Made by a program: the position numbers and the translations under genes. DNA of 64,000 nucleotides from a virus: IMG/VR virus record IMGVR_UViG_3300025131_000005; one strand, 5' to 3'. Below are positions 56,866 to 64,000 of this stretch, one piece after another (the first letter of the stretch is position 1; the number at the start of each line of letters is the position of its first letter). A model generated the notes under the pieces. The model made no database searches and was not told the origin of the DNA. It was given only the letters and a program-made list of their open reading frames with translations.

Positions 56866-57194
56866 TTAACTTATTGGGCTAGCAGGATTTAGTTTTTTGG
56901 TTAATACTTTGGGTGCTTTGGGAGTATAAAGGAAGCTTAATAATAAAATGAAGTAAGATATACAATTCGACTTAGTATATACCCACCTAACTTGTCAACC
57001 CTTTTCTAACCTTTCCAAGCTACTTATTGTAACCTTTGAGGCGCAATATAATGCAACATGACTTTGATTTTATTGATTAATTGGTATACAGTTTGCTATT
57101 TATGTTAGGTTACTTATATTATATAGGCGCTTTTTAAAACACTAATGATATCAACAAGTTAATTTAACTTTCCCTAGGGCCACATAGAATAATA

Positions 57195-57458
57195 ATGACG
57201 GATAAAGATTCAGATAGCAACGACAATAATATTATCGATTTTGTCGAGGTAAAGATGCGTAAGCTAGCGCAAAGCTTTGCTGACGCTGGTAAATTTGATA
57301 TAGCTGAAAAGCTATGGAAAGCTTTGGATCTTTACTTAGACAATGAGTGCAAACTATGGTTCGATAAGGGTGAACCAGTAATGATCAAATACTCTGAAGA
57401 AGAGTTAGCTAATATTGGCAAAAAAGATGATGATAAAGATGACGTAACCTCGCCATAA
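57195..57458 (+). CDS. Hypothetical protein
   Basis: 87 aa; NIIDF motif. Confidence 0.55.
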   Translation: MTDKDSDSNDNNIIDFVEVKMRKLAQSFADAGKFDIAEKLWKALDLYLDNECKLWFDKGEPVMIKYSEEELANIGKKDDDKDDVTSP

Positions 57459-57758
57459 AACATACATTATTAACGTTACAAAGGAGAGCGATATAATATA
57501 TTATTTTCTTGACAAAATACCTTAGCAATACCACCAGGTTACGCAGGGTTACAAAATAATGCAATTTAATGCGTTTTTTTCTTGACAAGCAATATGCATA
57601 TATGGTATGCATGGGTACCCCCCCTCCCCCGGTGGGTTGCCGAGAGATAAGTCCTAGTACGCTGGGAGCGCGAGAGGCGGCTAGATACGTTCGCGACCCA
57701 CACAGAAAATTACCAGATTTTAACATTTTGGAATTCTACTTATTATAACTCCAGGAGT

Positions 57759-58256
57759 TTGTTAGTGAATATACCTGCATCTCAACTCGAACAGATTATT
57801 AAGGAAGAAATCGATCAACTTTTGTTCGAACAAAACTTCAATCGTAAAACCGGTGAGCCAATGACTGATAAAGGACTTAAGATTTGCGCACAAAACGCAG
57901 GATGCAAAGAAAAGTGGCTTAAGCAAGATGATAAGGGAGCTTGGAGAAAGACTACCGATAGTGAATTGGGTGCTGCAGCAGTTAAAGGTGGAGCAGAAGG
58001 CATTAATGATCTTAAGAAGACTATGGCAGCACGTGCCGAGCAGGAAGAAAAAGAACGACAACAAGATCGGGAAGCCTTCTTAGCTAAAATGAAGAAAGAT
58101 AAGGAAAGAGATCGGTATTTTACCAATTGGACGATGACTAGAATGAAGGAAGATCCAGCTTCTATACCAAAATTAATACAATTACAAAAATTCTATGCTA
58201 GCTTGGAAGGTGAAAAAGCCGATGCATTTGTACAAAAGGCTGGCTGGAAGGGTTAG
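57759..58256 (+). CDS. Leader-bearing hypothetical protein (NIPASQLEQIIKEEIDQLLFE)
   Basis: AGGAG SD; leader shared with the next two genes. Confidence 0.6.
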   Translation: MLVNIPASQLEQIIKEEIDQLLFEQNFNRKTGEPMTDKGLKICAQNAGCKEKWLKQDDKGAWRKTTDSELGAAAVKGGAEGINDLKKTMAARAEQEEKERQQDREAFLAKMKKDKERDRYFTNWTMTRMKEDPASIPKLIQLQKFYASLEGEKADAFVQKAGWKG

Positions 58257-58275
58257 AATAAAAAGAAGGATTTAA

Positions 58276-58608
58276 ATGAAAATCACAAAAGAGCAACTTG
58301 AGCAAATTATCAGAGAAGAAACCAGTAAGATCTTGAATGAAGCCGATGGTGATCCGCCATATAGTAGGTACGAACAAGATTTAATTAAAAATTTAAATTC
58401 AATTTTGCAAAGTTATTGGCAACCAGGTAATAAAATTGGAGATGAATCTGAATTTGCGCAGCAATTCAAATTGGCTAAAAGTAAATTATCTTCAGAGTTT
58501 CAAGACGCGTATGATCTGCAAGCACAAAAGTATATTAATCATATGAATTGGAAAAGAAAAGAAGAAGAAGAATACGAAGCAGAATTTCCGGATCCGGGAG
58601 GCCTATAA
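58276..58608 (+). CDS. Leader-bearing hypothetical protein (MKITKEQLEQIIREE)
   Basis: The leader ends ILNE. Confidence 0.65.
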   Translation: MKITKEQLEQIIREETSKILNEADGDPPYSRYEQDLIKNLNSILQSYWQPGNKIGDESEFAQQFKLAKSKLSSEFQDAYDLQAQKYINHMNWKRKEEEEYEAEFPDPGGL

Positions 58609-59171
58609 TGAAAATAACAAAAGAGCAATTAGCACAAATTATCAGAGAAGAAGCCGCTAATATCTTAGATGAAGGTGAGGGAGATTTCAAATATAGCGAT
58701 CTTGCCGGTATGTACGGTCCCGGATCGATGAAACCCCCAAAGCCACGAGCTGCGCAGAGCGCACCAGAGCCAGAAGAAGAGGCTAGCCTAGATATATGGG
58801 CAGTGGTCGAATATCTGCGCGGGCTGGTTGGGGGTAAGCATGCTGGTCGATTCGATCCAGCGGAAATTAAAGTGCTGCTGCGGGCTGCAGAGATATTGCA
58901 CGTCAAAAGTGGAGTCTTTGAGAGATTAGCGCTAGAAGAAGGCAGTATACCCGAAGAGAAATGCAAAGATTTGCAAAAAACCTATAAATCTGCTTATGAG
59001 CAATACCTTAAAGAGAAGGCACCAGCACATCCCAACAACAAAGGTTCGAAGGATAGATGGAACAGCACCCTTAAAAATCTCAAAGACCAAAAAGATCGTT
59101 TGTTGGAGCCAGGGGGAGTTGGTGGATGTGCTTTAGATAAGCTTGTGGTAGATGAGATGGAAACTAGCTAA
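58608..59171 (+). CDS. Leader-bearing hypothetical protein (MKITKEQLAQIIREE)
   Basis: GGAGG SD; 5' end near-identical to 58276; the leader ends ILDE. Confidence 0.65.
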   Translation: MKITKEQLAQIIREEAANILDEGEGDFKYSDLAGMYGPGSMKPPKPRAAQSAPEPEEEASLDIWAVVEYLRGLVGGKHAGRFDPAEIKVLLRAAEILHVKSGVFERLALEEGSIPEEKCKDLQKTYKSAYEQYLKEKAPAHPNNKGSKDRWNSTLKNLKDQKDRLLEPGGVGGCALDKLVVDEMETS

Positions 59172-59262
59172 CATCAGGAAAGAAAGGGAAAGTGAGAAGG
59201 CTTAAAAAATCCCCAAAATAATTATTGAGATTTTACGCAACCTATGCTATAGTTAATATGCA

Positions 59263-59520
59263 ATGTATATTGAACCAATGCCATATTTATCCAACGTTGG
59301 GAAGGTCGATGCTTTAAGCAAAGAGTCGAAAACACCATGCCCTGTTGGAGAGGCAGCTGCGACAAGCAGTGATTCAGGTGGCTTAAGCCCGCAACAGCGA
59401 AAGCTAAGCAAAAAACAATTGTTAACACATAAAATAACCAATGAGCAGAATAACTATGCAGAGGAAGTCAATCATTGCAATCTAAGCACTGAAGACTTCC
59501 TTAAATTGCTTTCCTGTTAA
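59263..59520 (+). CDS. Hypothetical protein
   Basis: 85-aa ORF downstream of a TATAGT box. Confidence 0.4.
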   Translation: MYIEPMPYLSNVGKVDALSKESKTPCPVGEAAATSSDSGGLSPQQRKLSKKQLLTHKITNEQNNYAEEVNHCNLSTEDFLKLLSC

Positions 59521-59533
59521 CTAGTTATTTTTG

Positions 59534-60148
59534 ATGGCTAAGCTTGCATTCAAATTAACAGCTATGTTGATTATGGTAGTAATTATTGGTATTCTACTTG
59601 TATCTTGCAATACGACCCTTGATAACACTAGTGACGAGCAACCAATCATGCCCACGCAGAATGCCCCTATAGTCGATTGGGAGGGCTGCAGCGGTAAGAT
59701 GAACGATCACCCTTGTGACTTTACGCTAATCGACCAAAACGGCATGCCATGGCGACTTTATGAGCAGACTGGAGATATTGTTGTACTGGATATCTCAACC
59801 ATATGGTGTATACCGTGTCAATTTGCCGGTGCTAGGGCTGAAGAGAGTCATGACTTATATAAAGATAAAGGGGTTACGTGGGTTACTGTAATATTGGAAA
59901 ATTACTTTGGTCAAAAACCAACATTAGAAGATATCAAAGAGTGGTCAATGATCTTTGGTATTGAAGATGCTACGGTATTGGCGGGGAATTTAGATTTATT
60001 GGACCCTTATAGCCTTACCGGGTGGTATGTGAATAGTTTACCTTTATTTGTTGTTATTGATCGCAATATGATAACAACGTATCGCTTAGACGGGTTTAAT
60101 GAGAAGCAAATTAAGATCTGGGTTGAAGAACTATTGGCTGCCGATTGA
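59534..60148 (+). CDS. TlpA/redoxin-like thioredoxin-fold lipoprotein
   Basis: LLVSC lipobox; DFTLIDQNG, VLDISTIWCIPCQ (WCxxC) and LPLFVVIDR motifs. Confidence 0.8.
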   Translation: MAKLAFKLTAMLIMVVIIGILLVSCNTTLDNTSDEQPIMPTQNAPIVDWEGCSGKMNDHPCDFTLIDQNGMPWRLYEQTGDIVVLDISTIWCIPCQFAGARAEESHDLYKDKGVTWVTVILENYFGQKPTLEDIKEWSMIFGIEDATVLAGNLDLLDPYSLTGWYVNSLPLFVVIDRNMITTYRLDGFNEKQIKIWVEELLAAD

Positions 60149-60308
60149 TTTAACATTAGCAATCACATGTGCTATTATGCTTTTATAAAAGGAGGTTAAC
60201 TATGGAATGTCTATTAGCTTGCGTTGCAACCGGTGCTGTGACCTTTGTTGTGTGTTACATGCTTAGCAAAAAGAATGTTATTTAATTAACATATGCATCG
60301 TTATTTGC

Positions 60309-60337
60309 AAAGCCCTCGTATTCCGGGGGCTTTTTTT
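60309..60337 (+). terminator. Rho-independent terminator (possibly bidirectional)
   Basis: AAAGCCCTCG/CGGGGGCTTT stem plus a T run. Confidence 0.75.
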
Positions 60338-60658
60338 ATGGGTGCGTAATATTTTACGCACCTTGCTAACTAGTTAATTATAGGTGGTTATTCCGCCTGT
60401 GTGTTTTATGGGAGGGTGTAGTATGGCTGAAGTCATTACGCGTAGCCATGAGTGGTTGGATAAGTTAGCTGATTATGCATCATTGGCGTTCACTGCTTTG
60501 TTTATGGCTTTAATTATTATTACCCAATATTGATTAATCATCGTTTAGAATAAAATTTAATATTATTAGCAATATCGACATATATAATATTATTTTAATA
60601 CCAAGAATGGCTATATCTACATGATTCACACAATAAATAGGGAAAATTTTAGGAAAAA

Positions 60659-61438
60659 TTATCGCCGTCGTGGCGGGGCTTTACGATGTCTTTTTTGTTG
60701 TTTTCTGGACTTTTTGCCCTTTTTTTTGTGTTTTTCGGGTGTTTTTGCTTTATTCTGGCTATTATTTCTATGTTTTCTGCGTTGTTGGGTCTTTTTGCGT
60801 TGATTTGAAGCCTTTTTATGCCGCTTTGCGCGCTTTTGTTTTGCATGGGACTTGCGGGGGCTAGTATGACGTTTAACATGCTTCCTATGACGTTTAACAT
60901 GCTTCCTATGACGTTTAACATGCTTCCTATGACGTTTGGCATGCTTCCTATGGTGCGGAGTTGGTTTAACATGCTTGTGGTGTCGACGGTGATGCCGGTG
61001 CGCACGTTTTACTCTTGGCCTGATTACTTTATAGGGAAAATATAAAGGTGCTTCCGTATGATAGTAATAGTACTGGTTATAGCGATTCCTATAATTACCA
61101 ATTTCTAAAGATAAAGAGATATTATTGGGTACTTTTAAAATAGTCATGACACATACACCCAAAGAAGTATCTAAATCCAAACCAAAATGATTATTTTGAT
61201 AGTGTCTATCGTTAAAGCGTAGAATCTCTCTTGCTATAGTATGGGTGTAAACATCTCTTAGGATACAAGCACCTGCATCTAAAGTATAAATCAAATGATC
61301 TGCTGTCTCTTCATATTTCTCACCCTCGAAAGCATATACTTCATGCTCGTCGAATTCATTGGTTACTATTTCATATGTGACGTTGGGGTAACCTATTGCT
61401 GCAGCTATCATGAGCGGCAATATTGTTGAATTAATCAT
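60659..61438 (-). CDS. Putative exported protein with a His/Arg/Lys-rich repetitive C-terminus
   Basis: GGAGG SD on the minus strand, hydrophobic N-terminus, RHRKHVK repeats. Confidence 0.65.
   Translation of the reverse strand: MINSTILPLMIAAAIGYPNVTYEIVTNEFDEHEVYAFEGEKYEETADHLIYTLDAGACILRDVYTHTIAREILRFNDRHYQNNHFGLDLDTSLGVCVMTILKVPNNISLSLEIGNYRNRYNQYYYYHTEAPLYFPYKVIRPRVKRAHRHHRRHHKHVKPTPHHRKHAKRHRKHVKRHRKHVKRHRKHVKRHTSPRKSHAKQKRAKRHKKASNQRKKTQQRRKHRNNSQNKAKTPEKHKKKGKKSRKQQKRHRKAPPRRR
60865..60948. repeat. 21-bp in-frame tandem repeat, four copies
   Basis: TATGACGTTTAACATGCTTCC three times plus one variant; encodes RKHVKRH on the minus strand. Confidence 0.9.
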
Positions 61439-61508
61439 ATTAAACCTCCAATTGTGTTAATATTCATTTATAATTATAACACATTTTTCTTTAAAATCAA
61501 GGAAAATT

Positions 61509-61709
61509 TTACGAAATTTTTCGGACGGTGCCGTGTCGCCATTTTTCATATCTTCCGGTATTATAACAATATATTTTATAAACGAGATCTCCCAAATCTT
61601 GATTGTAACCCAAACAAGCTACAATGATACCATGAAGTCGTGGTTTTCTTAAGTATGAAGTATTCTCTACAAGATCGCCTAAATTATATTCGTGAATGCT
61701 AGCGCCCAT
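61509..61709 (-). CDS. MKVGDLV-family protein (minus strand)
   Basis: YNLGDLVEN...GIIV...YKIY. Confidence 0.55.
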   Translation of the reverse strand: MGASIHEYNLGDLVENTSYLRKPRLHGIIVACLGYNQDLGDLVYKIYCYNTGRYEKWRHGTVRKIS

Positions 61710-61757
61710 AATATAAATATAAAATACTATTTATAAAACGACAGTGGAGAAGTCAAT

Positions 61758-62108
61758 ATGGGTAAAATTAGACTCATTCCTCTAGATAAAGAAGAAAAAG
61801 ATAAGTTTGAGGTGTACGTACCTGGAAGATATCGCGATTATCCTATAGGGCGCATATGGTATGATCTCATGAAGAATAAATGGCTTTTAAAACCATACTT
61901 CCTTCCAATGACCCGCGATGAATTAAAAAAAAATAGACTCTATGAAGATTCAATGGAAGCTGCTCGAATGCTTAAAAAAATGTTCGAACGTGTTGATCAT
62001 GATTTTAGCGATGATCATGACTTCGGAATCGAAGAAAGAGTGGAAGATACAGAACCAATGTTTCAAATACCTCTGTTTAGTTTGGATGATTACAGCGGCT
62101 CTAACTAG
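61758..62108 (+). CDS. Hypothetical protein
   Basis: GGAG SD; ACTATTTAT upstream. Confidence 0.55.
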   Translation: MGKIRLIPLDKEEKDKFEVYVPGRYRDYPIGRIWYDLMKNKWLLKPYFLPMTRDELKKNRLYEDSMEAARMLKKMFERVDHDFSDDHDFGIEERVEDTEPMFQIPLFSLDDYSGSN

Positions 62109-62305
62109 TCGTCGATGCCATTAATCACCTCCAAAGAGTCTCCTTCTACAATTGGCCCTAAAGCCCATCTAACTGCTATATCGTCATCCAGCCACCTAAC
62201 TTTAAATTTATTTAAACCAAAATTAGCAGCTATTAGCCCATGAGGTATCTCATTGGGATCCGTAAGATTGAATCCTTTTAATTTCACTAAATCGCCAACT
62301 TTCAC
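62105..62305 (-). CDS. MKVGDLV-family protein (minus strand)
   Basis: MKVGDLVKL...KVRW...LEVING. Confidence 0.7.
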   Translation of the reverse strand: MKVGDLVKLKGFNLTDPNEIPHGLIAANFGLNKFKVRWLDDDIAVRWALGPIVEGDSLEVINGIDD

Positions 62306-62447
62306 ATCTTAATTATAGACACATTTTTTAAAAAGTCAAGTATTATATAATCATTCGTACTTTCTCGTTGACTTCTTCAGCACAATAGTTTATAATGATA
62401 AGTAAAGTCAAGGATAGGCAATACTATTTATTTTAAAGGAGTAAAAA

Positions 62448-62945
62448 ATGGATGTAGGATCAGTTAGCGGCGTAGCAGGAGGATCCGGAGTCGGTATGAC
62501 GCCAGAGAGTGCTCCTGTTGGGAACACCTCCGAAACGTCGAATGATACTCTCAATACACCGGTTATTGGTGAAGAGGTCGAAGGTGGCAAAGATGGACGA
62601 GGAGTATGCGCACCCGGAGGTACTGACCCTATGGAAACTAATATGTCATCTGAAGATCTTGTCTCGCTTGGTCAAAATAAAGGTACCTCAAGTACGGATG
62701 ATATTGGTTGGCGCTTTAATATAGGCGGTGGTGAAGAAAGTGGAGAGGGAAAAGATTTAATAGATCAAATTATGAAAATAATGGAAATTTTATTGGCCCT
62801 CCAATTATTAGAAGAGACAATGAAACAACTTAATGAATCCGGTGGGATGGGTGGTGAAAGCGGTGGATCCGCAGCTGCTGGTACGGGCGCGGGGGGCATG
62901 AGTGAAGGCTCCAGCGGTGGAGCAGCTGCAGGAGGAGCTTTGTAA
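62448..62945 (+). CDS. Gly/Ser-rich low-complexity protein
   Basis: AAGGAG SD; disordered flanks around one amphipathic helix. Confidence 0.6.
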   Translation: MDVGSVSGVAGGSGVGMTPESAPVGNTSETSNDTLNTPVIGEEVEGGKDGRGVCAPGGTDPMETNMSSEDLVSLGQNKGTSSTDDIGWRFNIGGGEESGEGKDLIDQIMKIMEILLALQLLEETMKQLNESGGMGGESGGSAAAGTGAGGMSEGSSGGAAAGGAL

Positions 62946-63103
62946 GGTATTGACCGAATATATTGAACCTCATCACTATTCGAGAGAAGAAGTAGAAGAG
63001 CTTTTAAAACTAGCATCGTCTGGTAAATTCAATATATTCTATGATAGAAACAAAATTATTATCAATCTGTGTAGAACATTGTTAAAAATAATGGAAGAAA
63101 GAA

Positions 63104-63355
63104 ATGAACAATAAAAATGATAAAATTAAAGAAGTAATCGGAGCAATGGAAGATGAAATCCAAGAGTTGCTTTTAGAAAATTCTAAATTAGTGCTGAAAG
63201 TGAAATCTCTACGAGATGAAGTTAATTCTTTGTGGGCAATGATGGATGAAATGACCAAATCTGATATAGAAAACTGGTCTCATTTATTAAATGAGATTAA
63301 AGCAGATGTCATAACGAGGGCTCTTATGATATCAAAAACAAAAGGGGAAGCATGA
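63104..63355 (+). CDS. Coiled-coil hypothetical protein
   Basis: 83 aa. Confidence 0.5.
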   Translation: MNNKNDKIKEVIGAMEDEIQELLLENSKLVLKVKSLRDEVNSLWAMMDEMTKSDIENWSHLLNEIKADVITRALMISKTKGEA

Positions 63356-63356
63356 A

Positions 63357-63614
63357 TTGAAAAAAATTAAATTCTGTATTTTTTGTGGTATAATATTGGT
63401 GACGATGTTGGCTAGCGCGTCGACTGCTAAAGGAAGCAATATGAGAAGTAAATTTTATGATTTTTCGGAACAACTAATCGATGGAGAAATTAAGAAACCA
63501 ACTACTCTTTATACAGATGTTCGTAAACAAGTGAGATTTGATCGTCTTTTGAAACTTAAAAAAAGTTTTTTGCCAAAGTTGTTCGCAACGGCTAAAGAAA
63601 GAGTGTTTAAGTGA
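63357..63614 (+). CDS. CglF/GltF-like small exported protein
   Basis: Signal peptide plus YDFSEQLIDGEIKKP...Y...R...F..L...K.SF.P pattern. Confidence 0.55.
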   Translation: MKKIKFCIFCGIILVTMLASASTAKGSNMRSKFYDFSEQLIDGEIKKPTTLYTDVRKQVRFDRLLKLKKSFLPKLFATAKERVFK

Positions 63615-64000
63615 AAAATTTAGTTTTTTTAGTTATATTAATTATAAGTTCTTGTATTACTCATCTTAAATCTAGTAGCTTTGAAAACAAAAGAGATGAC
63701 ATATTTCATTCTGAAAACATAGTAAAAGTTGAATTTGTTTTTATGGAAGAATGTTCTGAGGATGCATGCAAAACAAATCGATTTATCAAGACATACGGCT
63801 CAGGTACTATTATAAATAAAGATATTCTTAATACGGTCGGTGTGTTGACGGCAGGCCATTTATGTTATCAATATTCTCTTTCAGTTAAAGAACATGGTAA
63901 GGAAAGGAATATATTAAAAATATATAATAATAAGATGGAATCTTATGAGGCTACAATCAGAGATTACTATCTTGAAAGTGATATATGTTTATTAAAAATT
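63611..64000 (+). CDS. Trypsin-like serine protease, putative lipoprotein, 3'-partial
   Basis: ISSC lipobox, GSGTII, VLTAGHLC (catalytic His) and DICLL (catalytic Asp). Confidence 0.75.
   Translation, partial: MKNLVFLVILIISSCITHLKSSSFENKRDDIFHSENIVKVEFVFMEECSEDACKTNRFIKTYGSGTIINKDILNTVGVLTAGHLCYQYSLSVKEHGKERNILKIYNNKMESYEATIRDYYLESDICLLKI

Noticed and set aside
60865-60948. CRISPR-like or iteron repeat
   Set aside because: The 21-bp units are contiguous, have no spacers, and are in frame in the minus-strand His/Arg/Lys-rich gene.
1-64000. Stop-codon reassignment (alternative genetic code)
   Set aside because: Conserved genes are full-length in the standard code, TAG and TGA terminate genes at expected positions, and no suppressor tRNA was found.

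Overview
This window is a 64 kb segment of a large, AT-rich, tailed dsDNA phage genome with a probable contractile tail. Almost all genes are on the + strand and the standard genetic code fits. It has four blocks. (i) 1-9.4 kb: tail and baseplate genes (assembly chaperone with a probable programmed frameshift, tape measure protein, baseplate proteins). (ii) 9.4-36.9 kb: replication, nucleotide metabolism and protein quality control (compact family-A polymerase, tubulin/FtsZ-like protein, gp32-like SSB, Dam-type MTase, RecA, 5'-3' exonuclease, DnaB-type helicase, class II RNR, DnaE, dUTPase, IMPDH/GMPR, GroES, GroEL, ClpP, amidase, glutaredoxin, Hsp20). (iii) 37-57.5 kb: an early/accessory region with tRNA-Arg(UCU), tRNA-Leu(UAA), a D-armless tRNA-Ile(UAU)-like gene, PurA, a MoxR-type AAA+/VWA pair, a sigma-70 family factor, a repeated promoter with a 16-bp spacer, and two translationally chained arrays of about 50-75 aa 'MKVGDLV...EVISESR' mini-genes joined by a conserved dual-coding junction. 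(iv) 57.7-64 kb: proteins with a shared N-terminal leader, lipoproteins, a His/Arg/Lys-rich protein, a CglF/GltF-like protein and a partial trypsin-like protease. The strongest leads are the cassette-like mini-gene arrays, the rearranged tRNA, the recurrent leader plus L-x-E motif, and the gliding-motility-like gene. All family assignments come from motif recognition by eye; no database search was run.
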